Below, one piece after another: positions 24,641 to 37,149 of a stretch of DNA of 64,000 nt. The notes beneath the pieces were generated by a model. The model made no database searches. It was not told the DNA's origin and saw nothing but the letters and a program-made list of their open reading frames with translations. A program made the translations under genes and the position numbers. Source of the stretch: Oopsacas minuta (Eukaryota; Animalia; Porifera). Each line of letters opens with the position of its first letter. Within the stretch, counting starts at the first letter, position 1. The DNA is taken from positions 139,013 to 203,012 of the forward strand of contig JAKMXF010000004.1 in assembly GCA_024704765.1 (NCBI GenBank), in the 5' to 3' direction.

Positions 24641-26192
24641 ATGGAATATACTTTAGAAGAGTACAAATGTTGCAAGGGAAAGGTCTTCTCCACTGAGGAT
24701 TGTCATAAATGTGTCAGGTGCAAAATTAGCGGTGATTACATCTATCTAAAGTGCGCATTATTTAGGGAAAGTTGTAAAGGAACTGGAAGACTTAATACAC
24801 AACAAATGTGATTACTTCTTTACGAGGGCATAATCATCAAATAGAAGACTATAAAACATATCTACCGATTAAAAACAAAGTGCAAAACACCTGCAAAGTA
24901 CGCTCAAAAAATCCGAGGAGTCTTCGATGACGCAACAAGAACCGACCCCGGTGCACGCGAAATTTCCTTTCCCGAATGCGAATCAGCAATGTACCGTTCG
25001 AGAAGAATGCTACATGCAAAAATCCCTTTGACTGCACAAGAATTTTGCGAAATGTTGCCAACTACAACTTTTTTGAGAATTTCACCAATGTTCAGTACCA
25101 TCTGGTACTGATACTGGTGTCGTTTTCTTTTCCAACAAGATGAGTATTTTGTTAGCTGTGGTGACCAACATACAATTTGATTGTACATTTAACCATACCT
25201 ACTCAATTCTGTCAGTTATGGACCATTTTTGTAGCTGTAGAAAGACACACCTTACCTGCAATACATTGCCTCATGACTGCGAAAGTCAAGATCTATATAA
25301 AGGAGTGTCAGAAAGTATCAGTGCGAAAAATTCCTCAGTTTAAGCCTGTAGCTTCGATGTTTGATTGGGAACTTACAACTAGGAATGCAATAAAGGAAAT
25401 GTATCCTCTAATAACCATCTATGTTTGTTGGTTTCCCTACACACAATGTATATGGACGATAATACTGAAGCTCGGGCTCAGCAATGCATTCAAAAACAAC
25501 ATTCAAATCCAGATTTTTGTGAGACAACTGATGGCCATCCCTTTTCTTCCAGTTCTCTCATCATCCCCACTTAAAATTTTCTCCAATTACCGAGAGTAAG
25601 CGATGAAGAAATATGTACAACACAAAGCATTGGATTAGACAAATAATCTCAGATGAACTCTCCATCAATGAGCTTAATAAGTTACCATTCTAAACTAAAA
25701 TCTATTATAAGGACTAGTCATCCTAGGAGATGGACATTTATGGCGACTCTCAACGATATTATACGGGATACTGACAATGATATCGGTGGCTTGCGCCTAG
25801 GTAGAGAGTTAAGTAGGCTAAGGAAGAAAGTCGATATCAAAAATGATGTACAACGGAGTATATGTAAGGAAAAGTTGCATGATGGTGCTTACACTCCATG
25901 GGAATTTATTCGAGCCATTAGTCAAACAATTGGTCACATCAAAGCTGAAAATACTAACGATACTGAGGATACACTATCCTCCAGCGATTCTGAATATGAG
26001 AATGATGAAATTGTCCTGTCAGGGAAGAGCTGCGTAGTTTGCCCTTCAATACGTACAGCAACCTAGATTTTTATGCCATGTCGACATGCAAACTGTAGTA
26101 CAGAGTGTAGTGCTAGAATTTATGAACTAGGTCAGTCATGCCCTGGGTGCCGCTCGGAAATAGAAACAATATTTCAGATATTTACTAGTTAA
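24641..26192 (+). pseudogene. MULE transposase: FLYWCH/WRKY-like finger, MULE DDE core and C-terminal RING finger; several stops and frameshifts
   Basis: YLKCALFRESCKGTG...GHNH; QFDCTF; QLWTIF; FDWE...CWFPYTQCIW; then CVVC...T*IFMPCRHANCSTEC...CPGCRSEIETIFQIF. Confidence 0.88.
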
Positions 26193-27173
26193 CTTCATAG
26201 TTACTTTTACTTGGTACTACAGTTCATTTTTCTAACCATTCATAAAATCCAACATTGTTGTCAAAACCTTAATTCTGAAATCCAATTCCAAGAAATCAGA
26301 ACTCTAGAAAACTAATTCTGACAAGTGCAGAACTCTAACAACCGATTCTGACAAGTGCAGAACTCTAAATTATCCATTTGACAAATACAGAACTCTAACA
26401 ATCGATCCTGACAAGTGCAGAATTCTAAATATCCATTCTGACAAGTGCAGAATTCTAAAAACCGATTCTGACACAATTAGAATAGTAAATTCTGACATGT
26501 GCAGCTCCCCCAATTAAAATTTCTAAAATATACATCCCCGAGGCACATGGTGCGAGTTTATCCCATCGTGTAGCGACCAAAAGCATGAAGAAAAGTAGCT
26601 GATAATACTTAGGTGTTGCATTCTATATACTAAGGCAATGGTGATCAATGAAAGATTTATACCATGGATTGATTAAATACTTCAATGTTCGTATAGGAAA
26701 TTATATTCGTCGTGATAAATTCAAATGGTACATTTTGACCCGAATAAATTTACGATTGATATTTGACAATTCATAAATTCTATATTTACAAAGTATTTCA
26801 GGGCCGAAATTCCGTCTCCTACTTACTTGGCAATTATGATAAAGAATGCTCTAATGCGAAAATGCTATTATCAGATAAATAGAAAAGTTATGGTTTCAAA
26901 CTATGGGATCTAATTATGGTTCCGCACAATATTTAAATTTGCATTGGGGGATAGCTTAACCATCCTGTACAAGAAACGTATGAGAGATATTTCAGAGAAC
27001 AAATCTTTAGCATTGCTTCATTTATTTATTCAATGAACTCTTTCTGTTCAGCGGATGGGATGGAATCAACATTTACGTTTAAAGGATTTCTGGTAAGCTT
27101 GAATATTTTATCACCCTAATCTCAAAATAGGAATGAAATTCTTGTATTTGTACTTTTAAGTGCTCCAGAAAGG

Positions 27174-30100
27174 GGTACAACTATAGTAATGCATACTTTG
27201 ATGAAAATGGGTTTAAATGAAGATGTGGTTATTTGTAATGTGGTAGTACTAGAAAATAATGAAGATAGGTGAAAAGAATGCAACAATCGGTCAAGAATTG
27301 GGAAAGTTACACTACTTTTCATTTATATTGAAGGAAGCCAAAAACAATACTAATTTTAGCATTACAGAATGCTTATACTATGTGCATATTATTTCGTTAT
27401 GGGGATGATCAAAGTTTACCATGAGTAAATAGTTATACTATTTTAACGTATTCATATATGTCGAATTGCTGAGTAATTAGTTGTATATACTACGGGTGTT
27501 CAATAAGTTCTGATGACTGCCCCAAAAGTATGTTGTACACAAACAATCAGTGTATAATTTTTTCGAAATCCTCCCCACCATTATTTATACAGCGTTGAAG
27601 ACGCTCCAACTATTGTACAAAAATATTCTTAGAGTCTTCCGGCGGTATCCGTTTGAGATACTGGAAAATCGGCGATCCCAGTTCTGCACTGTTGCTAAAA
27701 TGACGACCAGAGAGGTATTCCTTAAGCTTAGGGAAGAGATAGAAATCACAAGGAGCTAGATCTGGGCTGTAGGGTGGATGTTCAAGCCCAAGCATCCCCA
27801 TCCCTAAGATTTTTCTTTGACTTGCTTGGTTTTGTGAGGACGGGCATTATCATGTAATAATCTCAACCCTTTAGCACCAGTCCTTTTTCTCCTCTTCAAC
27901 AAGCTTTCTTCCACTGCACCAAGACAATTGGTGTAGAAGCTTCCAGTAACAGTTTGTCCCTTTGGAATTATCACCTGGGCAACTGAGCCATGTGCATCAA
28001 AAATATGCAATACATGATCCTTGGTGATCTGAAACCTGGACGCGGTATCATCGGAGGGTCCGACTGCTTTCCTATCAACACCTTATTTGCCTGTTTGGAA
28101 AAAGGTGTGTTATACTGAACCCATGTTTCATAACCAGTCACTATCTCAAATACTCTTCGCGGGTCGCATTCTTTGTAGGATTTAAGGAGATTACGATAAC
28201 ATCCCGCCCTTGTCTCTTTCTGGGCCTTGTGAGTAAATGTGGGACTCATCTAGCACAAACTTTCGTCAACTTGAGCTGTGATCTTAAAATGTGGTCTACA
28301 CTTCCCATCGAGATGCCAACACTGTTAGAAAGTTCCCTGGTAGTTATATGTGGGTCTAGGTCTATCAGTTTCTTGATAGCGCACGATTTAATGGGAGATG
28401 CAGCCGTAATTGGTGCTCCAGGCCGAGGGTCATCTTCGATAGGCTTTCTTCCCAGCCTGAAACGCTGAGCCCATCTTCTGACTCCTGCATAAGACAGAAC
28501 ACCTTTCGCAGTATAGACTTGGACCAAATCAAGATGTATCTCGTGTGCAGATTTCCCGAGGAGAGTACGAATCTTGACCTAAGCTCTTTGCTCGATTTTA
28601 GAATTCTTGCCAAGTGATGTCATAAATGTAGAGTATAAAAAACACCTGTTGTAAATTTGATATAACTTGTTGAGTTTTAAGCGATGATGAAAAATCAATG
28701 CTAGCTTGTGGACAGAGGATTAAGTATCCATATTCAAATATCAATATATTATTGTTGTGTTATAAATCCCCACAGTAACACAGTGATCAGAATTTATTGA
28801 ACGCCCATAGTAATAAAGGTGTAATAAGATAGATAATAAAGTGAACAATTCACACTACTGGGTAATGCTTTCTAATTGCTGCAATTATGATTTTGAATAT
28901 GTTCTTTTTGTTCCTCATTCTCTAGCACGATTCTATGAGGTGTGTTTCCAATATATCAGGATTAGTTGTTTGTCCTTTCCTTAATCGCTTCTTCACAATT
29001 CCCCATTTACACTTTATTCTGTGTATGTACTTGTGTGATGGGGTCAAAGAAAATTTCCGAATGATTGACAGTCTAATGGATATAGCCTTCTGTACCCAAA
29101 ATGAAGTAAGAAGCCCATTCATCAGAGCGGATAGTAGTCCCCGGAAGCACAAAATTGTTGGATAATTGGTAGGAGAGTTGCAGTACTGCGGTCTGGAACG
29201 GAAACCCTCACAACTCTATTTGCATCAATCCCGACGATACCAAATACCTACTGCCCAGTCAGGAGTCTGCCACGATTATATTCTCGTTTTCCAAACTTGG
29301 ACTCGTCAAGTTCAACAATCTTCCAGGACCTTCTAATGGTTCAGGGTTTGGTAGCAGTTCTCTATGCACACATCTCTCAAGAAATTCTTCCAATCCGCTA
29401 CAGTGTTAGGGCTCAACTTCAACTGTTTCTCTAAGAAAGCGTGAGATAGAAGATCTTCGCACCAATAATAGAGGAATTTGAAGAGAGATGGGAGCGATAA
29501 CTTAAAAGGCATTTTTTAAAGAAATATTCATACCTAAGCGAACATACCTTCTTGTAAACAGAACATCTCCATGCAGACGCATCCTGGGAATGACCATAAT
29601 AGTCTGATACATAGTGTTTCCACTTTTGCATTTCATCTCCTGTGCCAACAGCCTATGAGATTTAGCCAATTAATTGTAGCCTCCAGAGAATGTGCCATGA
29701 ATATTATATCATCGATTATCAAATCTGGAGACACAAATGGGAAAGTAGCTGGTGATAAGATCGGTCTGAAGTCCATCAAAGCACTGATTAGAGAATTATA
29801 ATATTCAAGACATTGTACTATATATTGTTTTGCAATTGGGTAGTAACGTACGTGGCTAATGGAATGTATCACATTGCAGGTTATTGGGCAGGAAGGTATT
29901 TAGGACTAATTAGTATTATCAACACATTGCTTGCATGATCAATAGATTAATTTAAAATTCATTTCCATTGATGTATATTCATTACCATGTACATACATTG
30001 TTAATTCAATGTACAAAGATGGTGTATAATTATTTACTTATGGTAAACTTGTAGTTCATCATAATCATTGTAATCATCCCCAGAACGAAAATAATAGGTA

Positions 30101-30307
30101 CATAGTACAAGCATTTTGTAATGCTGAAATTAGTACTGTTAGGCTTCCTTCAATATAAATGAAAAGTAGTGTAACTTTCTCAATTCTTGACCGATTGTTG
30201 CGTTCTTTTCGCCTATCTTCATTATTTTCTAAGTATTACCACTCTAGAATAACCATATCTTCAGTTAAACCAATTTTCACCAAGGTATGCAGTACTATAG
30301 TTGTACT
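27174..30307 (-). mobile_element. Merlin (IS1595/ISXO2-like DDE) transposon, decayed, TIRs about 270 bp; transposase remnant at about 28900-29900
   Basis: 8-bp TSD CAGAAAGG (27166-27173, 30308-30315). TIRs start GGTACAACTATAG. Motif GKIVELDESKFGKREYNRGR and KWGIVKKRLR...HLIESC. Confidence 0.88.
27493..28807 (-). mobile_element. mariner (DD34D-type) transposon, full length (1315 bp), decayed, nested in Merlin
   Basis: TIR CGGGTGTTCAATAAGTTCTGATGACTG / TGGGCGTTCAATAAATTCTGATCACTG with TA flanks. Motifs EDDPRPGAP, VTGYETWV, LHDNARPH and HPPYSPDLAPCDFYLF. Confidence 0.93.
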
Positions 30308-31012
30308 CAGAAAGGCTCCTTTTGTGTCTGAATCTAAGGGCTTTTCTTTTCTAAAAGGTACACATCCAAAGTGTGAAATTGATCGTATATTCCGTTCCTA
30401 ATTTGGCTAGCCCACAACTCCAATTTCATTAAGAATGCGTTGACCTTATCCACCAAATCAAGCACTGCACTTTCTTTCCATTACATCGATAAGTTTGGTA
30501 AATTCAGTCGAGGAAAGATGTCGACGAGGTAGCAAGTTCAAAGCTCCGCTCTTCAATATTCAATTGAAATAGCATGTGTAGATATATCTGTTGGTGAACA
30601 AACTCTTGAATTTTTGCTCGTAATTCAAATACTCTTATAAAGACATTGCCTCTGGAGAGCCAACGTACATTGGCGTGAAATAGAAGGTTTCTGAACTGGC
30701 ATCAGATTCTTTGCATAACTCTCGGAAGAGACGCGTATTGAATGCGCTCGTTTATCTAGTTTACCAATATAATATCTCCAGACACTACATCAGAATGTAG
30801 AGGAGAGTTTTTGAAGCAAGAGCATATCTATTAGGGTGTTGTGAAATATACTATTTTGCTCAATTTCTTTTGTCTGGGGTAATTTGGGGTGTGGTTGGAT
30901 GTCATTTACCCAAATATATATAAACAACCTAACATTTTGATCATTTATACCATGTAACAAATTTATTTAGGTTTGAACAGTGGAAAATGGCCTTATTTGT
31001 CCGGTTCATGAC

Positions 31013-31850
31013 CAGGAGGGATGGATCTACAAAAATCTGGTGGGGGGGCATGCCGCCTACTCAACCGTCAAAATATTCAATTATTGGATTTTGCTCTTTT
31101 ACTTGATCATTATCAGTTTATTCCGTTATTTTAACAAATTGTAATTATACTTTAACAGCCAGTATTTCTAAATTTGTAGTGTTTTAACCAAATATCAACT
31201 AATATTTTGTAGTGATGTATGTATTTTATACGATTTTTATGTCAGGCTTAATCTTCATGACCAATTTAACCAATCTTGACAAGCAGTCTAAGGTACTCCA
31301 AAACAATTGTGTTTTTAATACAAACATTGTGTATGTGTGTTCATAGTTTAATATATAATGAGAATTTCTGAATGTATTAGCTAAATATTATTCGTAACTA
31401 TTGGCTGAATCCTAAATACAAAATATACCCTACTAGTACTAATAACAACACTAAATTACGAAATTCATGCGGTGATCTGAAATTGCGAAAGTGTTAATAA
31501 TTTTAACCACATCTAATGGAATATCCTTATGAATATACATCAGTGCTAGACCAGTTAGTCTGTCATCCGTCATAGTGGATCTAATACAGGATTTCAGGAT
31601 TTTCATAGCGCTAAATGAACGCTCCGCTGAACAAGTTGTAATAGGCAGAGTGCAGCAATTTGCAAAATGATTTTTAATTTTGTAAACATTGGTGATAAAT
31701 ACTGTAATAAATGCAGAATGTCTAGTGAATCAGGTGAAGGGATTAACAAGGTATGTACTTTATTCACTCTACGGAGTAGACGAAATAAAGAATTTACAAA
31801 TCTGGTGGGGGGTATGCATATCCCCCATACCCCCCATAGATCCGCCACTG
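31013..31850. mobile_element. Non-autonomous hAT-type element, 838 bp
   Basis: 8-bp TSD TTCATGAC (31005-31012, 31851-31858). Right end GATCCGCCACTG, degenerate left end, and duplicated TACAAA(A)ATCTGGTGGGGGG motif near both ends. Confidence 0.75.
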
Positions 31851-31952
31851 TTCATGACATTTACTTTATCCTCGATTCTTAATATCTTCCCATTGAATCT
31901 GCTTTCTGTACTTCACTATAAATAACAATTTAATATTCTTGATTGTATTATA

Positions 31953-32854
31953 CAGTTAAGGGACAAAAGTATTCGACCACACAAATATATTGTCATAAAT
32001 TGTATACTCTTTCCCGCTCCTATACACTGTATAGTCTATATTCGTAGCTGCAATCTAGTAATTTGCATAGAATAACATGTTTTTCAAGAATTTCAAAAAA
32101 ATATTTTCGATTTACACTTTTTGAAGGTGTTAATTATTAATAATTATTAGATAATTATTGATAATCAAAATATGTGGTAATTCAAAACCTATTAAGAATC
32201 TATAATTTCTGACTTGATATTTGAATTCTACTTAGGCGAGTTACCCCAGATTCAAATTTCCAATGGGATTGAACAATTTTTACCAAAGTTATAGAAGAAT
32301 TTCAATTTGTGCCACTTGTTGCAAAAAGTGACACTGGTGGCTGGAAAAAGCGCCACTACAAGGAAATCAACTAGGGTTAGGAGGAATAAGTCATAGTAAT
32401 ATTTTCGGATTATATGACTATGCTAACCCTTGAATTACAAAATAACCCCTTGGTAACGGCCACTTGTGCCCCTTGGGCAAAAGGTGGCACAAATGGCACA
32501 AATTGAAATTCATCTATAACTCTGGCAAAAATTGTTCAATCCCATTGAAATTTTAATCTGGGCTAACTCGCCTAAGTAGAATTCAAATATCAAGTCAGAA
32601 ATTATAGATTCTTAATAGGTTTTGAATTTCCACATATTTTGATTATCAATAATTATCTAATAATTATTAATAATTAACACCTTCAAAAAGTGTAAATCGA
32701 AAATATTTTTTTGAAATTCTTGAAAAACATGTTATTCTATGTAAATTACTAGATTGCAGCTACGAATATAGACTATACAGTGTATAGGAACGGGAAAGAG
32801 TATACAATTTATGACAATATATTTGTGTGGTCGAATACTTTTGTCCCTTAACTG
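31953..32854. mobile_element. Tc1-like foldback MITE, 902 bp, with about 362-bp near-identical inverted arms
   Basis: TA|CAGTTAAGGGACAAAAGTATTCGACC at both ends. By eye the arms (31953-32314, 32494-32854) differ by about 8 substitutions and 1 indel. Confidence 0.92.
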
Positions 32855-32879
32855 TATAAGGATTCTATGTTGTTATTGT

Positions 32880-34670
32880 GTTGTTGTACATTAACTAATT
32901 GATAGGGTAATCCTTTTTGGCGTTGAAAATAGGTAAATTTTCTCTAGATATGGCTCTGCTAAGTATGTATCTATATCGTCCTTGATGACCGCATCGCTTT
33001 ATAGATACTTCAGTAACTTCTTTGACCCATCTTTCTACATTCTGGGAATGACAAGGATAGGATGGAATTACCAATGGTTCACCAATGCCTGAATGCAGCT
33101 CCACATCTGTGGAATTAACTGTTAAAATGGTGGTTCTGTAATAAATAATCCATCTAATTCTATAAGATTTGAATAAGCTGAAGCATCAAAATTTATTTTT
33201 GGAACTTTAAATTTCCTCGGCTTGGTCGGATTGTCCAAATTCAGTGCATCACAACTTGCCAACCTTCAGGATAGTTTCTACGGCTCTCTTTCTTAGATCT
33301 GGGGAATTATCTGAAAGCATGAATATAAGGAAATCTTCTGGGTGACTCCAATACCCATTGGTTTGAAGTACTCTCTGAGTAACAATTCTGTCAGGCTCTG
33401 ATAATTCCTTAGATGGTTGAACAAGATAAATGAAATTTTGTACCATCACTTAGAGTTCAAAACTCTTTGAAGCGAAATTATCCTGGAACATACTGATTAA
33501 GAATAAAATTTAAGATACACTTTAGTTCAGAAGTTGGAGATAATTTGGAAATATATAACCTAAGGTTCTTGTTTGCAAGCGTATTCCATCTTCAATTATT
33601 AAGAATACTAGGTTCCTTGGTTAGTAAGTTCCCTGTGCAATGATGTAGTCCATTTTGAACAGCAAGTGCCATCTCATATAAATACATTTGATCGGTACTA
33701 AGTTTCTTTACAAGCTCAACTAGTATATATTTTACTTGTCCGGAAACTGGCTCAAAATGAACCAGATGAAATTTTGTAAGATTTTTTGATTTCCTTACTA
33801 ATAAGCCCAGTGTATGAATTTGGTCCACTAGTTACTCCATCAATTTCTTTGAATATGTGCATTAGTGGCAAGTCGTTTGTATGAAGGCCACACACAGCTT
33901 GTTGACATGGTTTCCCAACTTAATCTCAATGAGTCTATTGTTACCTTCATGAAGTCCAGTATTTACTGGAGTTCCATCGCACCCTAGTACGATTAAATTG
34001 ACACCAGTATCTGGGATGACATCAAATATATCACTGGCTATACTGTTGCTTTTCCTGATTTTGGTGATACGTGATCAATTTAACGGCTTCCTGGTTCTGC
34101 CACAATTACGTAATGGCTTTCCTTTTAGTGATCTACTTGAAATTTGCATTACATTCAACTTTTGTTAGGGATTTAACTTCTCTGCCATCATAATAAAGTG
34201 CCAAAATAGATTCATTAGTATTCTTAAGGATATTATCCTTCTCTTCCACTTTTCCCCATCTCTCGCTTCCCTGCGAAGTTTGTTGTGGTCAATAAAGTCA
34301 TTCAGATTTCCTTTTTAAGCATGCCATAATCCTGCAAAACAGTATTTGCAATGGAGGCTCCTGCACGGTCGCTTATGCCATTTCTAGCGCACATCCGAGA
34401 GAAGTTCGGGAGTATATGACGATTTTGAACAGAGAAAGACTGTGGGATGCTTTTTGATTAATATGTTTCGTCACTTTCATCAGATTGGTTAGGATCGTCT
34501 TCTACAATCTTATGGAAGCTTTCGAGGTCTAGGTAGAGCGAACTGTTATCTCCAGTGTCCTTGCCCAGTACAGCTTTAATTTCAATTTCTTCTTTCCTTT
34601 TATCCTCTTTGTATAGACTTCTGATCCCTTGGTCAATTCCGGAAATAAACATACTTCTGATTGTTCTCTG
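32880..34670 (-). pseudogene. hAT-related (hATm-like) transposase remnant
   Basis: VLGCDGTPVNTG...CGLHTNDLPLMH...DGVTSGP and YPCHSQNVERWVKEVTE motifs. The subfamily name is from memory of these motifs and is tentative. Confidence 0.65.
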
Positions 34671-35900
34671 GGGCCTCATTCACTAAAGTTCTAAACTGAA
34701 ATTCTTAGAATTTTCCTTAGATTTTGCTGTAATTCTTAGAATTTGACTAAATTCTAAGAATAATTTTCGAAATCATCAACATTCATGAAAAAGTCTTAGA
34801 ATTATTTTGAGTGGTATTCACAAAAGTTCTAAACTGAAATTCTTAGAACTTTTCTTAGAACTTTTATATTCTTAGAAATACCCAAATTCTAAGGAATAAT
34901 CTTAGAATTTATCCGAATTCCGAGCGAAATTTTAAATGAGGTAGGGGGTTGACTTAATTTGATTCTAAAAGTTCTTGAAATCAAATATTATTATTATCCA
35001 TTTGACGACAGAGGAAATTGAACCTATTGTTATATCAACATAGTAAAACTAGATTTATAGTAATAGTATCCATTTTGAATTAACACTCACAAAGTTGTAT
35101 GACATCTCCGGTTAGTATTGTGTTGATCTATAAATATTCACCACCGCTGCTGAGCAGAGTTAATTCTTATGGATACTGTTTTGGTATAACACTGCTATTG
35201 ACTAGTAGCATAAATAGTAATATGAAAAACCTATGTTAAAATTCATCTGACCTCTCTGGAGCAGCTTATAACATGACAAGTGACCAAACGAAAAATCGCG
35301 CGAAAAATCTCTGATGATGAAGTTATGAGCATTGTAGACATAATAGAAGAAAATATATTTAATATTTTCGGAGCCCTAAGTTCTACCCACAAGTTGTTGA
35401 GAAAAGCAAAATCTGGGAAGATATAGCTGGTAAAATTTCAGACAGGTATGGGGACAAGGACAAGAGATGAGATTTGCAAGAAGTGGTATAATACATTAAC
35501 AAAATATATGCCTCGAATAGTAGATACAATCGCTTCTGCCAAAAGGACAGGAGAAGTCCTAACTGAAGGATGCTTAGATGAACTAGAGGTAAAGATTTTC
35601 TCCATAAAGGGAAAGGATGCATTCGAAGGGATTGGATCAGACATTGATCTCTCACTAGAACGACCCTTCTCCGTGATAATAGAAGATGAGTCGATAATTA
35701 TAAGCCCAACACACTCTGAGGAATTCAAGATCTTTAAAGAAACATCAGCTCAAATAAAAAGCAATCTTTCAGCACAGAGACAGGTGGATATGAATCCATT
35801 GAACAGACACTACTAAACAGCGAGGAAGAGAAACTGAAGTTGCTAAAACTAATTGATTCCAAACTAAATTGGGTTGTGAGCAATTTTGAACGAGTCGTTG
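34671..35900 (+). mobile_element. Partial PIF/Harbinger element: one end plus a disrupted Myb/SANT-like gene (about 35272-35816)
   Basis: CTG|GGGCCTCATTCACTAAAGTTCTAA resembles the TIR of the 55972-58756 element. ATTCTWAGAAT repeats. Protein RTRDEICKKWYNTL...KGKDAFEGI is homologous to 57760-58131. Confidence 0.8.
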
Positions 35901-36194
35901 AGGATCAGTCCAAAATACTATCGTGAATGGTTCACAGCCACACACCACAATAACCCTTGTTGCCTCCACCCCTTTCCATCTACTAATTTTCATTCAACTC
36001 AGCCATTGTATCATTCTCAGGACGAATATCACAAATGGAAAACTTTCATGAATTCATCACATGTTAGCCCATAAACTTCATTACCACTACCAAGTTCACT
36101 GATCAATTATTAATTACTATCCTGAGTGATGTCATCTTGAAATACTATTAAATCCTAATTACACAAATTTAACTGATACACCACAGTACAATTT

Positions 36195-36355
36195 ACACCA
36201 TTGGATACAACTAGCCCCTTTTGTACACAATTAACCCCTTTTGTGTGCAAGTAACCTCTTTCGTGTATAATCAACCCTTTAGTTACAAATTCACTTGTTC
36301 GTGTACACCTAACCCTTTTCCTGCACAATTCACCCTCTTCGTGTACAATTATCGT
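36195..36355. repeat. About 20-bp degenerate minisatellite (CCCCTTTTGTACACAATTAA-like), roughly 7-8 units
   Basis: Periodic units are visible directly. Confidence 0.65.
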
Positions 36356-36637
36356 CTGTAATTTTTTTTCTTTTTATCTTTCGTATTCATAAAATTTTTA
36401 CTTTCTACTTATTCCTTGTATTTGATTCTAACATTCATTTTCAATTAAATTCATTCTTTTAATTCGAATTTACTTGCGTATATTTAAACTGTTTGCTCGA
36501 GGGTTACAGTAGTAATATGTTTTGGAGGGTTATAAGGTGACAAACGGATTACTTGGGTGGGTGAGCGTAGTTTCGAAAACAAATTATGATCTCCAGGGAT
36601 TGATGTAGCGAAATTTGGCATGTAAGTTAGATAGATA

Positions 36638-37020
36638 CAGTAGGCAGACAAAAGTATTTGGACAAGTGATAATTAGTTGTGATTCTACAAGTACAATACT
36701 TCTAAGAGTATAGTATAAAGAAATGGATATGATTGGCTAATCTCAGTTTTGTAATGTTTAATTTCAATATTTTGTAGAGTATCTTTTCATTTTTCGGATC
36801 TCCTTGCAGTGAGTGGTATAGGCTGCGTATTTCCTTCAAAGAGATGTTGTCTCACTCGCGATGATCGATCCCTTTAGTTCGGATAACGATGTTATGTTAT
36901 CTTTGTTCATCCCGACCTTTGGCATCAATATTTTCCAAATGTGTTCTATAACGTTTTGATCGGGGGATTGTGGAGGCCAATCCAGAGTTTTGATCTTTTC
37001 CGATGAAACTAATTCATAGC
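36638..37020 (-). mobile_element. 3' fragment of a Tc1 element
   Basis: TA|CAGTAGGCAGACAAAAGTATTTGGACA TIR; minus strand reads LDWPPQSPDQNVIEHIW. Confidence 0.8.
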
Positions 37021-37149
37021 GTTAATGTTAATTAACCATAAGTAGTATAGCTAGCGAATGAATAGTAGATAAAATTTCAACACTCTAAGTAGTTTACTTT
37101 TTCTGTTACACTCAATTTAATTAAGTCATTTTCAAATTTTGAATTTTCA

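Larger units (their letters stand above)
24159..26511 (+). mobile_element. Mutator-like element (MULE), 2353 bp, with modular repeat-rich TIRs
   Basis: Perfect 9-bp TSD AATTAAAAT (24150-24158, 26512-26520). Termini GGGGAACATGCACATGTCAGAATTTACT / GGGGGAGCTGCACATGTCAGAATTTACT. Confidence 0.93.
26930..30790 (-). pseudogene. Buster/FAM200-like hAT transposase fragment split by the Merlin insertion (pieces at about 26930-27173 and 30316-30790)
   Basis: LFRELCKESD...FHANVRWLSRGNVF...VDKVNAFLMKLELW continues across the CAGAAAGG duplication into FLEHLKVQIQEFHSYF...SNAKDLFSEISL. Confidence 0.8.

Noticed and set aside
22608-26192. NHL gene plus nearby RING as a split TRIM-NHL system
   Set aside because: They are on opposite strands, the RING is of IAP/Neuralized type, and it lies inside a TSD-bounded transposon. 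Proximity is most simply coincidence.
24205-26480. 31-bp repeat arrays as a CRISPR-like locus
   Set aside because: The units are directly tandem without unique spacers, are mirrored at both ends of a TSD-flanked MULE, there are no cas genes, and the context is eukaryotic.
27122-30401. Two similar ORFs (MKSSVTF...) as a duplicated gene
   Set aside because: They are chance translations of the two Merlin TIRs.
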